Shown here: positions 55,080 to 64,000 of the stretch, piece by piece | Layout of the letters: each line of letters opens with the position of its first letter | Position numbering within the stretch: the stretch's first letter is position 1 | Origin: an uncultured Candidatus Saccharibacteria bacterium | Lineage (GTDB): Bacteria > Patescibacteriota > Saccharimonadia > Saccharimonadales > Saccharimonadaceae | NCBI GenBank assembly: GCA_964544355.1 | Contig: CAZJAI010000003.1 | Coordinates: 15,945-79,944, forward strand | DNA: 64,000 nt | Direction of reading: 5' to 3' | The notes under the pieces: generated by a model | Told to the model about the DNA's origin: nothing | Seen by the model: only the letters and a program-made list of their open reading frames with translations | Database searches by the model: none | Translations under genes and position numbers: made by a program

Positions 55080-55146
55080 GGTCTTGCAACGAAGAGCGAT
55101 TCTTCGCGTAGCAATCTAAACAAGGCAATCGTATAATAAAATTGTT

Positions 55147-57624
55147 ATGTCAAACGGAGATTTTACGGAATTCATAGAACATCTTACCGATAATGCCCGC
55201 AGCAGCCTGCAGCATGCTGACGCTATCGCTCGCAGCCTGGGCAGCACCTACGTGGGTACGGAACATCTGCTGCTGGGGGTGTTGCATCAGGACAGTTCGG
55301 TGGGAGCTAAGTTGCTGGCGGAAATCGGGGTAACGTTTGATCGTGCCAAGCTGGTGCTTAATCTGACCCCGCGGGCTCTGGTGATTAGCAGCGGCGCCAA
55401 GGGATTGAGCGAAACCGCCAAGCTGACCTTGCGCCTCAGCTGGGATGTGGCCCAGGAATTTAACCAGGATTATTGCGGCACCGAGCACATTCTCTACAGC
55501 ATTCTGACTCAAAAAAACGCCCGTGCCACCGCCCTCCTGCAGGATATGGGTGTAGACGTGGACTCACTGATCAGCGAGCTGGAGGGCTACCTCAACCGCC
55601 AGAACTTCGAGTTCGCCGGAGAGGAGAAGGCGTCGGCCCGCATTTCCAAAAAAAGCCGGCCGCGTCAAGGGGCGTTGAACTTTTTCGGCAGCGACCTGAC
55701 CGCCAGGGCGGCTGACGGAGAGCTCGATCCGGTCATCGGGCGCGATCAGCAGATTGAACGGATTATCACCATTTTGTCCCGCCGGACCAAAAACAACCCT
55801 GTACTGATCGGCGAGCCGGGCGTGGGCAAGACCGCGATCGTGGAAGGGTTAGCTCAGCGTATCGCCAGCGAGGACGTGCCCGAACATCTTCTGGAAAAAC
55901 GACTGATCATGCTCGATCTGGCCGCTATGATTGCCGGCACTAAATATCGCGGCGAATTCGAGGAGCGGCTGAAGAAAGTCATAGAAGAGATTACCCAGAA
56001 CAAGAACATCATCGTCTTTATCGACGAGCTGCACCTGCTGGTAGGTGCCGGTGCCGCCGAGGGCGCCATTGACGCCGCCAACATGCTGAAACCAGCCCTG
56101 GCCAGAGGCAAGCTACATCTGATTGGCGCCACTACTCTGGACGAATATCGGAAGCACATCGAAAAGGATGCCGCCTTGGAGCGACGGTTCCAGACGGTGA
56201 TGGTGCCCGAACCCAGCCAGGAGGACACCGTGGCCATTTTAAAGGGCCTGCGGCCTCATTACGAACAGTTCCACGGAGTAACCATGGACGACGAAGTTAT
56301 CGAGAACGCCGCCTTCATGGCCCGGCGTTACATCGCTGACCGTTATATGCCCGACAAGGCCATTGACGTGATGGACGAAACCGCTTCGCAGGTCAGAGTG
56401 CGGCTCAGCAAGCGGCCATCCAAGACCCGCCAGCTGACCAGCGAGCTAAAAACACTCAGCGAGCGCATGGAAGACGCGGTAGCGGCTGAAAACTATGAGC
56501 GTGCCGCCATGTACAAAACCCGCATCAGTCAGATACAGCAAAAATTGTCCGAACTAAAACAGGAAAACCGGGATCGGGCCAGTCACGCCATTACCAGCGA
56601 GGATGTGGCCAAGGCCGTGTCAGTGATGACCGGCGTGCCGGTGAGTCGGGTGAAGCGTTCCGAGGCAGCCTTCTTGTCCAATTTGGAAAAACATCTTGCC
56701 AAACACATTATCGGGCAGCAGGAAGCCATTCAAGCCGTGGCCAGGGCGATCCGGCGCAACCGTTCGGGCATTGACGCCGGAGAGCGGCCTATCGGCTCGT
56801 TCGTGTTCATGGGTCCCACCGGTGTCGGCAAGACCGAATTGGCCAGGGTGATAGCCCGCCAGGTGTTTGGCTCGGACAAGTCGCTGATCAAGATCGACAT
56901 GAGCGAATTCCGTGAGCGTCACACCGCCTCCAGGCTGGTCGGCGCCCCGGCCGGCTATGTCGGCTATGACGACGGCGGGCAACTGACCGACAAAATCCGT
57001 CGCCAGCCGTACAGCGTGGTGCTGTTCGACGAAATCGAAAAAGCCCATCCCGATATTTTCAACATGCTGCTACAGCTGCTGGAGGACGGACGGCTGACCG
57101 ACGCCAAAGGCCGGGCGGTAAATTTCAGCAACACCATAGTTATACTGACTAGCAACCTGGGGGCCGAGCGCATGCGCAAAGAAGCCGCCCTGGGCTTTAA
57201 AGCCGCTAGCCGCGACCAGAAACAGGCTCTGGAGGAAATGCATAACGACAACGAAACCGCCGCCCGGGACGCCCTGGCCGATATGATGCGGCCGGAGCTG
57301 ATTAACCGGTTCGATTCCATCATAGTTTTCCGAGCGCTGAACAGGAGGGATATCGGCCGCATCTTCGACAATTACGCGGCTCAACTGAGGGATCGGCTGG
57401 CTCGCCAGGGGCTGTCGGTGCAGTTTACCGCCAAGGCCAAAAAATTCCTGCTGGAAAAGGGTTACGATCCGCATAGCGGCGTCAGGCCGTTGCGCCGGGC
57501 CATGCAGGACCATGTGGAGCATCTGATCGCCGACGGTATCATCAACGGCCACTATCGGCGCGGCGACGTTATATCGGTTGACGCGGCCAAAGGTTCCGTA
57601 TCCTTAAAAGTTGTGCAAGAATAG
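55147..57624 (+). CDS. clpC: ATP-dependent Clp protease ATP-binding subunit ClpC
   Basis: Duplicated Clp_N repeats. Two AAA+ modules ([15 protein letters not shown] and [15 protein letters not shown]). A short M-domain carries a UVR-like motif ([18 protein letters not shown]). An LGF loop ([11 protein letters not shown]) in NBD2 indicates ClpP coupling, so this is ClpC rather than ClpB. Confidence 0.9.
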   Translation: MSNGDFTEFIEHLTDNARSSLQHADAIARSLGSTYVGTEHLLLGVLHQDSSVGAKLLAEIGVTFDRAKLVLNLTPRALVISSGAKGLSETAKLTLRLSWDVAQEFNQDYCGTEHILYSILTQKNARATALLQDMGVDVDSLISELEGYLNRQNFEFAGEEKASARISKKSRPRQGALNFFGSDLTARAADGELDPVIGRDQQIERIITILSRRTKNNPVLIGEPGVGKTAIVEGLAQRIASEDVPEHLLEKRLIMLDLAAMIAGTKYRGEFEERLKKVIEEITQNKNIIVFIDELHLLVGAGAAEGAIDAANMLKPALARGKLHLIGATTLDEYRKHIEKDAALERRFQTVMVPEPSQEDTVAILKGLRPHYEQFHGVTMDDEVIENAAFMARRYIADRYMPDKAIDVMDETASQVRVRLSKRPSKTRQLTSELKTLSERMEDAVAAENYERAAMYKTRISQIQQKLSELKQENRDRASHAITSEDVAKAVSVMTGVPVSRVKRSEAAFLSNLEKHLAKHIIGQQEAIQAVARAIRRNRSGIDAGERPIGSFVFMGPTGVGKTELARVIARQVFGSDKSLIKIDMSEFRERHTASRLVGAPAGYVGYDDGGQLTDKIRRQPYSVVLFDEIEKAHPDIFNMLLQLLEDGRLTDAKGRAVNFSNTIVILTSNLGAERMRKEAALGFKAASRDQKQALEEMHNDNETAARDALADMMRPELINRFDSIIVFRALNRRDIGRIFDNYAAQLRDRLARQGLSVQFTAKAKKFLLEKGYDPHSGVRPLRRAMQDHVEHLIADGIINGHYRRGDVISVDAAKGSVSLKVVQE

Positions 57625-57632
57625 TTAAGGAG

Positions 57633-58634
57633 ATGGAGCCGACGATCAAAAGCGGAGCGGCCAGCGCGGCTAGATTGCTTCTAAGCCTAGTTTTGCTTGG
57701 CTTCGCCGGCTGGCTGCTGTTGAACAGGCAGTTCGTGCTCGATCAGCTGAGCCTGCTGAATTACCGGCCGGATCCCGGCGTGTCGGCTTTAGCCGCCAGC
57801 GACACTATGACTCCCTCCGGGCAGCGCTACTTTTTCGTGTCGCGGCCGAAAATCGAAAGCCGGGATCAATTCAATCAAAACTGCACCGGCGGCAGCGAGC
57901 AGACCATCATCCTGGGGTGCTACGTCGGCCAGCGGATTTACATCTTTAACGTTACCGATCCGCGGCTGCCGGGGGTTAAAGAGGTTACCGCTGCTCACGA
58001 AATGCTGCATGCCGCTTACGACCGCCTGAGCTCAAGCGAACGACAGCGGGTTGACGCGATGATTCTGGAGCAGGTCAGGCAAATCAGCGACAAGCGCATA
58101 CTAGCGCTGATTGCGTCTTATCAGCAATCCGAACCGACCCAGCTGGTGAACGAGATGCACTCCATTTTCGCGACCGAGGTTCGCAATCTAACACCTCAGC
58201 TGGAGCAGTACTACGCGCGCTATTTCGGCGATCGAGCCAAAGTGGTGGCATATTCCGAAGGTTACGAAAAAGTGTTCAATGATCTAAGGGCCCAGCAGAA
58301 CCAGCTGCTGGCGGAGATGAATCAGCTGAACCTGGAAATCAAGAACCGCTCCGACGCGCTTAACGCCCAGATCAGCCAGCTCAACGCCGACATCGCCGCT
58401 TTTAATCAAAAGGCCAGAAGAAGCGGCGGATTCGCTAGCCAGGATGAGTTTAACCGCGAAAGGTCTGCTCTGGCTGCCCGTCAACAGGTCTTGCAGGCCG
58501 AACGAGACGCCATTAACGGTTTAATCGCTCAGTTTAACGCTAAGCGGGAACAGCTGCTGGCTTTAAACGTGCAGGCGCAGAGTCTTAATCAAAGCCTGTC
58601 CAGCACGCCTCAGAATGTTCCGGCGGTACAATAG
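57633..58634 (+). CDS. membrane-anchored HExxH protein with a long Q/N/L-rich coiled-coil C-terminus
   Basis: N-terminal TM helix (LLLSLVLLGFAGWLLL). TAAHEMLHAAY is an HExxH motif. The C-terminal ~120 aa show heptad-like periodicity (LLAEMNQLNLEIKNRSDALNAQISQLNADIAAFNQK...). AAGGAG lies upstream. Confidence 0.6.
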   Translation: MEPTIKSGAASAARLLLSLVLLGFAGWLLLNRQFVLDQLSLLNYRPDPGVSALAASDTMTPSGQRYFFVSRPKIESRDQFNQNCTGGSEQTIILGCYVGQRIYIFNVTDPRLPGVKEVTAAHEMLHAAYDRLSSSERQRVDAMILEQVRQISDKRILALIASYQQSEPTQLVNEMHSIFATEVRNLTPQLEQYYARYFGDRAKVVAYSEGYEKVFNDLRAQQNQLLAEMNQLNLEIKNRSDALNAQISQLNADIAAFNQKARRSGGFASQDEFNRERSALAARQQVLQAERDAINGLIAQFNAKREQLLALNVQAQSLNQSLSSTPQNVPAVQ

Positions 58635-60023
58635 ATGGCCAAACTAAAATCGGTTTACGTCTGCCAAAACTGCGGGTTCGCCAGTCCTAAGTGGTCTGGC
58701 CGCTGTCCGGAATGCGGCGCCTGGAACAGCCTGGTGGAACAACCCGCCGGGCCGCCTGCCGGCAGCAACTTGCTGGCTAAAAGCCGGGGCAAGCCGTTGC
58801 CGGGCCAGTCTTTATCCGGCCTATCGGCCGCTGCCGGCAAGCCGCGATTGAGCAGCGGTTTCAAGGAAATCGATCAGGTGCTGGGCGGGGGCCTGGTGCC
58901 GGGTTCGGTTATTCTGCTGGCCGGTCAGCCCGGCATCGGCAAGAGCACCCTGGTGTTGCAGATAGCCGCCCAGGCGGCGACGGCTGGTCTTTCGGCGATG
59001 TACGTTAGCGGCGAGGAATCACTCAGCCAGATACATTTGCGAGCCGACAGGCTGGGGCTGGCGGCGGCCAAGCTGCAATTGGCCTCGTCAACCTCGGCGG
59101 ACGATATTGCCGCCACCGTAGACACTTCCAACTACGACCTGGTTATCGTTGATTCGGTGCAGACCATGTCTATGGACCAGCTGTCATCGGCGCCCGGCAC
59201 CATCAGCCAAATTACCAATACCGCCAACCTGATCATCCAGGCTGCCAAGCGGGCCGGCAGTTGCGTGATTTTAATCGGTCACGTTACCAAAGAGGGGGCC
59301 GTCGCCGGGCCGAAAATCCTGGAACATGCCGTGGATGTAGTGTTACAGCTGGAGGGCGATCGTTACGGCGGGTTGAAAATAGTCAGAGCGGCCAAGAACC
59401 GCTACGGCTCAACCAGCGACGCCGCTTTGCTGGAGATGACCGACACCGGTCTGGCGGCGGCCGAAAACCCTTCGGCCATGCTCCTGGCCGAGAGGTTAGA
59501 TAGCGACGGTTCGGTGGTGATGGCTACCGTCGAGGGCAACCGGCCGCTGCTGGTCGAAATTCAGGCGTTGGTTGTGCCCACCCATTTCGGTTATCCTAAG
59601 CGCACTGCATCGGGTTTCGACTTAAATCGGCTTAACGTGCTGATTGCCGTGATCGAACGGCGCAGCCGGCTGAAGTTGTCCGATCAGGATGTTTTTGTGA
59701 ACGTGGTCGGCGGCCTGAAATTACAGGACCCGGCGGCTGATCTGGCGGTGTGCATGGCCATCGCTTCGGCTGCCGCCGGACGGCGCCTGGCCGAGGATAC
59801 GGTGGTCTTTGGTGAAGTGGGACTGAGCGGCGAGATCCGTTCGGCGCCGCAGGCCGGCTTGCGGCTGGAGGAGGCCAGCCGGTTAGGTTTCAAGCAGGCG
59901 GTGTCGCCGAAGATTAAAGCGGGACGATCATCAGCTGGTCGCCAAGCCGGCCGGCTGGCCGTGCGGCCGGTGAGCGAGCTGAGACAGGCTTTTAACCAAT
60001 TCTTAAAGACTGCCTCGAAATAA
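58635..60023 (+). CDS. radA: DNA repair protein RadA/Sms
   Basis: Zinc finger CQNCGFASPKWSGRCPECGAWN, Walker A GQPGIGKST, KNRYG motif, and a Lon-like C-terminal domain. Confidence 0.95.
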   Translation: MAKLKSVYVCQNCGFASPKWSGRCPECGAWNSLVEQPAGPPAGSNLLAKSRGKPLPGQSLSGLSAAAGKPRLSSGFKEIDQVLGGGLVPGSVILLAGQPGIGKSTLVLQIAAQAATAGLSAMYVSGEESLSQIHLRADRLGLAAAKLQLASSTSADDIAATVDTSNYDLVIVDSVQTMSMDQLSSAPGTISQITNTANLIIQAAKRAGSCVILIGHVTKEGAVAGPKILEHAVDVVLQLEGDRYGGLKIVRAAKNRYGSTSDAALLEMTDTGLAAAENPSAMLLAERLDSDGSVVMATVEGNRPLLVEIQALVVPTHFGYPKRTASGFDLNRLNVLIAVIERRSRLKLSDQDVFVNVVGGLKLQDPAADLAVCMAIASAAAGRRLAEDTVVFGEVGLSGEIRSAPQAGLRLEEASRLGFKQAVSPKIKAGRSSAGRQAGRLAVRPVSELRQAFNQFLKTASK

Positions 60024-60060
60024 CAACCTTAAAAAGCTATTTACTAAATATTCAATTATC

Positions 60061-60798
60061 ATGATTAATCTTATTTTACTGTTAGCGATATTAACAATCA
60101 GCGTTCTTACTCTGGTCTGGCTGGTTTTGGATAAAGCCGGTTTCAGAGTTGGCCAGGCGCCCGGCAGGAAAGTTCTGCTGGATACCTGCGCTTTAATAGA
60201 CGGCCGAATAGTGGATATCGCCAAAGCCGGTTTCGTGCCAAGCCAGCTGCTGATACCCCGCGCCGTAGTCCGCGAGCTGCAATATATGGCCGATCAGAGT
60301 GATTCTGAGCGGCGGGAAAGAGCCCGTTTCGGCCTGGACGTGGTGCGAACCTTACAGGAAACCAAAAACGTAGACGTTAAAATATTGCCGTATGACAGCC
60401 AGTCTTTGGTTGACGAGCAGCTGATCGAACTGGCCAAGCGCCTGGGCGCCATGCTTTACACCACCGACTACAACTTAAACAAAGTCGCGCAAACCGAGGC
60501 GGTGGCGGTGCTTAACGTTAATGAACTGGCCCAGGCACTTCGACCCCGATATTTGCCCGGAGAAAAAAGCCGCATCAAACTGGTCCAGGCCGGTAACTCG
60601 GCTCATCAGGCGGTCGGTTATCTCGATGACGGCACCATGGTAGTGGTAGAGCACGCCAAATCGCTGATTGGCCGCGAAGTTCCGGTGGTCTTCACCCGGG
60701 TGCTGCAAACCGAGGCGGGCAAGATGATGTTTGCCACCACTCCCGCCGCTGCCGGGAAAGCCGTTTTCGGCCGGCGTCGCCGCTCCGGCGAATCCTGA
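60061..60798 (+). CDS. PIN/TRAM-domain protein (YacL-like)
   Basis: N-terminal TM helix, a PIN domain (LLDTCALIDGRI...TTDYNLNKVA) and a C-terminal TRAM domain (AVGYLDDGTMVVVEHAKSLIGREVPVVFTRVLQTEAGKMMFA). Confidence 0.85.
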   Translation: MINLILLLAILTISVLTLVWLVLDKAGFRVGQAPGRKVLLDTCALIDGRIVDIAKAGFVPSQLLIPRAVVRELQYMADQSDSERRERARFGLDVVRTLQETKNVDVKILPYDSQSLVDEQLIELAKRLGAMLYTTDYNLNKVAQTEAVAVLNVNELAQALRPRYLPGEKSRIKLVQAGNSAHQAVGYLDDGTMVVVEHAKSLIGREVPVVFTRVLQTEAGKMMFATTPAAAGKAVFGRRRRSGES

Positions 60799-60831
60799 CA
60801 CACCGCTGAACGATCAGTTATGCGGTGTCAG
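60795..60831. terminator. imperfect hairpin between convergent PIN/TRAM and PBP genes (no U-tract)
   Basis: CTGACAC-(AC)-CGC (60795-60806) pairs with GCG-GTGTCAG (60822-60831), giving 10 bp with a 2-nt bulge and a 15-nt loop. The right arm lies inside the PBP 3' coding end. Confidence 0.25.
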
Positions 60832-63510
60832 GCTGGGCGGCCCCAAGCCGCCGCTGCCGTTGCTGGGCGGGGGCGAAGTTTGAAAATCAAAATCCTTGGT
60901 GGCGCTACCGTCGTAAAGGGCCTGGTCGATCACGGTGATGGTAACCGTTTGTTTGCCGCTGCTGTCGGCAGTGAAATCGGCCGTGTAATTGCCGCTACTA
61001 CCGGCCGGCACAGTAGCTATCAGCTGGCTGCCCACTCTGAACTCAACCGATTGCAGTTGGTTGGTGCCCTGGTTGACCGCGGCGGTGATGGTGTATTTGC
61101 CGGGGCTGCTGGAGCTGATTTGGATATCGGAAACGAACGGTTTTAAGTCGCTACACTGATGCACGTTATCATTGGCCGTAGGATCAAAGCCGTCCGGAGC
61201 GATGAACGACTCCTTTTTAGTAATCGGGTCGACGTATTTTTCGACGGTAACGGTTTTAATGGCTCGCGGCGGCGTGCAGGAAGTGGCTTTCTTCTTGGAC
61301 ACCGTGTCAAAGGCCATGCTGACGCCCGAAGTCTGAGGCTGGTTGAACCAGGAAGGAAAGATGTCGGTGCGGCCGGCCACCGTTAGGCGTTTGATTCCCG
61401 GCGGCTGCTGAAACCAGTCGCCGGGCTTCCAGGTGCCGTCCTTCTGGAAAATCTGCAGATGCAGCGGGCCCATGATGTTGTTGATGGTCGGGCCGACGAT
61501 ACTGGAAAGGGCATTGTTCATCGGTCGGCTGTCGTGGTTGCCCACCCATATGCTGGTAACCACCCGCGGCGAGTAGCTGTTCATCCACAAATCCTTGGAG
61601 CGGTTTCCCAGATTAGAGGTGCCGGTTTTGGTGGCCGTTTTAACTCCTGGTACGTTTAATCCCGAGGCTCCGAAGCCAAACGACGGGGCGCGGGCGGCAT
61701 CGTCACTGAGAATGCTGTCTAGCAGATAGGGAATCTGGGGATCAAGCACCCGCTTGCCTTCGTCTTTCCATTGTTGCAACACCTGACCCTGGGCGTTTTT
61801 TACCTCCAGTATGGTACTGACCGGCTTGTAAATGCCGCCGCGGGCCAGCGTGGCGAATGCGTTGGCGTGTTCGATTTGTTTCAAACCGCAGCCGCCGATG
61901 GCCGCCGCCAGACCTACCTGGGCATCTTTTCCGTCGGTGCAGTAACTTAAATCGCCTACGTCGCGAATAGTTTGCAGGGCGGAGTCACGGCCGGTAATGT
62001 ACATAGCCTTGACCGCCGGTATGTTGCGGGATTGGGCCAGCGCTTCGCGGATGGTCATGTCGCCCTTGAACTTGTTGTCGAAGTTGTTAAGCGGCGCGCC
62101 GTAAATCTGGTTGATTGGCTCGTCGCGCAGTATCGACCCGGCCCCGTAGTTGCCCTTAAACAGATTGGCGTAAACGAACGGCTTGATACTGGATCCGGGC
62201 TGTATGAACGATGTGGCGGCGTTATAGGCGCCGTAACCCGGATAGTTGTAATCCCGGCTGCCCATAAGGGCCAGAATCTGGCCGGTCGGCACATCCACCA
62301 CGGTGACGGCACTGTTGTCGAAGCCGGCGGTACGCGGCAGGCTGGTCTGGAATAATTTGGCCACCGCCGACTCGACGATTTGCTGGGCCCGGTAGTCCAA
62401 GGTGGTCTTCACCGTCAGACCGCCGCGCCCCACGGTGGTGCTGCCCAGCTTGTCTATGAGCTGCTGCCTGACCATCTGCAGGAAGTGCGGCGCCTTGATG
62501 TTCTGATAGGCGCTACTTTCCGGCTTAAGAGTGTCCAGGATGGCTACCTTTTTGGCATCCTCGGCCTGTTGCTTGGTGATGTAGCCCTGCTCGGCCATTT
62601 TATCTAACACGATGCGCTGGCGCTCGATCAGCGCCTTGTTACCCTCTATGTTATAGGGGTTGTAAAGCGTAGGTTGCTGGGGTATGGAAGCTATCAGGGC
62701 GGCTTCGGGCAGGGTGAGGTCTTTGGCTGGCTTGCCGAAGTAGGTCTGGGCCGCCGACTCCACGCCGTTGCGCCGGCCGCCGTAGGGCGACTCGTTCAGG
62801 TAGAGGGTCAGGATCTGGTCTTTGTTGTACATCCGCTCCACCTCGATAGCCAGAATGGCTTCTTTAATTTTTCGGGGGACGCCATTAAGCCCTCTTTGGT
62901 TGGCCTGGTCGGCAAAAAACACCTGTTTGACCAGCTGCTGGGTTAGGGTGGATCCTCCCTGGGTGCTGCCTCCGGTAAAGTTATTAATGGCCGCTCTGAC
63001 TATGCCGGAGGGGCTGATGCCGCGGTGTCGATAAAAGTCTTTGTCCTCAATCGCCACGGTAGCCTGCTTCATATAATTGGATATCTCGTCTGATTTAACT
63101 ACCAGCTTGTAAGTACTGTCGCCTTTGTCTTCCCAAAGCAATACGCCGTTGCGATCGTAATATTTGGTGACGGTGGTTTGTACCCGCTTGTTGATTTCGC
63201 CCGGCCGGATAGCGTCCAGCTCTCTTCTGAACAGGGCGAACAGGGCCCCAACCAGCACGAACAGCAGCAGGGCGCTGATACCGGCAAGCTTGAGGGCCAT
63301 AATGGCGCCTTCGCGACTGAACCAAAAAGCGGCTACCCGCCGGGGGTGCAGGCGGTAGAAAAACCGGCGCAGCGGATGCTTGGGCAGGCTGGCCAGATAC
63401 TCCGCCCGGCGACGGCTGGCGCTGTCCCGGCGGTTCCGCCGTCGCGCCGACAGATTGGCGTAAACGCTGAGCCTTCGCTGGCCGCGACCCGACCGGAACT
63501 TTTTAAGCAC
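60814..63510 (-). CDS. class A penicillin-binding protein (glycosyltransferase + transpeptidase) with a C-terminal Ig-like extension
   Basis: GT51 motifs (IEDKDFYRHRGI, GGSTLTQQLVK, RKIKEA). Transpeptidase motifs SSIKP, SRN and KTGT. The last ~150 aa are beta-rich (KYTITAAVNQGTNQLQSVEFRVG...TVTITVID) and end in a P/G/S tail. The N-terminus is basic with one TM helix. Confidence 0.92.
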   Translation of the reverse strand: MLKKFRSGRGQRRLSVYANLSARRRNRRDSASRRRAEYLASLPKHPLRRFFYRLHPRRVAAFWFSREGAIMALKLAGISALLLFVLVGALFALFRRELDAIRPGEINKRVQTTVTKYYDRNGVLLWEDKGDSTYKLVVKSDEISNYMKQATVAIEDKDFYRHRGISPSGIVRAAINNFTGGSTQGGSTLTQQLVKQVFFADQANQRGLNGVPRKIKEAILAIEVERMYNKDQILTLYLNESPYGGRRNGVESAAQTYFGKPAKDLTLPEAALIASIPQQPTLYNPYNIEGNKALIERQRIVLDKMAEQGYITKQQAEDAKKVAILDTLKPESSAYQNIKAPHFLQMVRQQLIDKLGSTTVGRGGLTVKTTLDYRAQQIVESAVAKLFQTSLPRTAGFDNSAVTVVDVPTGQILALMGSRDYNYPGYGAYNAATSFIQPGSSIKPFVYANLFKGNYGAGSILRDEPINQIYGAPLNNFDNKFKGDMTIREALAQSRNIPAVKAMYITGRDSALQTIRDVGDLSYCTDGKDAQVGLAAAIGGCGLKQIEHANAFATLARGGIYKPVSTILEVKNAQGQVLQQWKDEGKRVLDPQIPYLLDSILSDDAARAPSFGFGASGLNVPGVKTATKTGTSNLGNRSKDLWMNSYSPRVVTSIWVGNHDSRPMNNALSSIVGPTINNIMGPLHLQIFQKDGTWKPGDWFQQPPGIKRLTVAGRTDIFPSWFNQPQTSGVSMAFDTVSKKKATSCTPPRAIKTVTVEKYVDPITKKESFIAPDGFDPTANDNVHQCSDLKPFVSDIQISSSSPGKYTITAAVNQGTNQLQSVEFRVGSQLIATVPAGSSGNYTADFTADSSGKQTVTITVIDQALYDGSATKDFDFQTSPPPSNGSGGLGPPSLTPHN

Positions 63511-63662
63511 TTTTTACTCGGCCTCCTTCAAAAGAGCATAGTCTTAAAAACAGCTTGATCATTAATTGCTTTTAACCTCATTATAACATTACCGGGCACG
63601 TAGAAAATTTAGGTTATAATGAACAGAAGTATCCAATTTATTGAGAAGGGCTAAAAACCATC

Positions 63663-64000
63663 ATGAAGCTTTCCGAGCAGCTGAAGCGGCGCGGTTTCGT
63701 TAATCAGACAACCTTTAGTTCTATCGGGAAAATAGACGGGCCACCGCTGAGTTTTTACTGGGGGGTAGATCCCAGCGCCGATTCGATGACGGTCGGGCAC
63801 CTGGCCATGGCCATGATGGTGCGTCACTTTATAATGGCCGGGCATAAGGCCGTGCTGCTGGTCGGCGGTGCCACCGGCATGATCGGCGATCCCAAAGACG
63901 ACGCCGAGCGGGCCTTGGCCAGCCTGAAAGAAATCAGCCGCAACAAGGCGGCTATCGCCACTCAGTACAAGCAGCTGTTTCAAGGGTTGGATTTTCAGCT
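63663..64000 (+). CDS. tyrS: tyrosyl-tRNA synthetase, N-terminal part (3' end outside the window)
   Basis: My translation is MKLSEQLKRRGFVNQTT...FYWGVDPSADSMTVGHLAMAMMVRHFIMAGHKAVLLVGGATGMIGDP. It shows a HIGH-type motif and GGATGxIGDP. This gene is not in the ORF track; the track lists only an antisense ORF here. Confidence 0.9.
   Translation, partial: MKLSEQLKRRGFVNQTTFSSIGKIDGPPLSFYWGVDPSADSMTVGHLAMAMMVRHFIMAGHKAVLLVGGATGMIGDPKDDAERALASLKEISRNKAAIATQYKQLFQGLDFQ

Noticed and set aside
54406-55128. A 240-aa minus-strand ORF antisense to nusA. Similar long shadow ORFs occur at 28582-29196, 43841-44386, 44437-45003 and 52304-52837.
   Set aside because: These are shadow ORFs opposite well-supported genes (nusA, tkt, dnaE, pepN), and they have low-complexity R/A/G/P-rich translations.
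63511-63662. A T-box riboswitch upstream of tyrS (I also considered one upstream of pheS at 14653-15081).
   Set aside because: The spacers are too short for a T-box leader. I could not find the conserved T-box sequence (AANNNGGGTGGNACCGCG-like) or a specifier-loop arrangement.
63651-63983. A 110-aa minus-strand ORF from the track.
   Set aside because: It lies antisense to the unmistakable tyrS 5' end on the plus strand.
1-64000. CRISPR arrays, rRNA genes, IS elements or prophage blocks.
   Set aside because: I saw no regularly spaced direct repeats, no rRNA-like conserved stretches, and no transposase, integrase or phage structural gene signatures in any frame of the track.
1-64000. Alternative genetic code (UGA recoding, as in some candidate phyla).
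   Set aside because: Well-supported genes end at TGA (for example uvrB at 36017-36019 and the GlsB-like gene at 40819-40821), and full-length homologs are obtained with the standard code.

Overview
This is a dense, high-GC (about 60% by eye) bacterial chromosomal window read with the standard genetic code (TGA, TAA and TAG all end well-supported genes). It is almost entirely housekeeping. I call about 65 CDS and one tRNA-Gln(CUG). I found no rRNA, CRISPR array, transposase or integrase. In order, the recognisable content is: leuS (3' part), rpmF (absent from the ORF track), nusB, a Nudix hydrolase, rnc, rpsP, a KH protein, trmD, and Ni-superoxide dismutase sodN with a sodX-type maturation protease fused to a membrane domain. 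Next come tRNA-Gln, a low-GC orphan protein with four tandem HTH-like modules, a PAP2 / TerC-DUF475-like / PAP2 trio, rmuC, an aquaporin and pheST. A thiol-redox and folding cluster follows (degenerate flavoprotein disulfide reductase, FKBP, glutaredoxin, trxB), then GDPD, ppa and a short Rel. A sugar-phosphate block follows (gap, rpiB, rpe, split transketolase, class II fba, PfkB kinase, a 416-aa unknown, a LOG/TIGR00725-like protein). Then come uvrB, gatC-gatA-(small membrane protein)-gatB, four small membrane/stress proteins, dnaE, a SpoU-type methyltransferase, pilB/gspE, malic enzyme, rplS, an rnhB-yraN fusion, pepN and nusA. The window ends with a perfect CIRCE operator upstream of clpC, a membrane HExxH coiled-coil protein, radA, a PIN/TRAM protein, a class A PBP and the tyrS 5' end. 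The compaction, the missing rimM/rimP/infB neighbours and the gene repertoire suggest a reduced-genome lineage such as Patescibacteria/CPR. That is inference only. I did not find an obvious complete novel multi-gene system. The most unusual loci are the repeat protein at the tRNA, the sodX-membrane fusion, the R-x4-H protein inside gatCAB, CIRCE-controlled clpC, the PfkB / unknown / LOG-like triad and the cysteine-less disulfide-reductase homolog.
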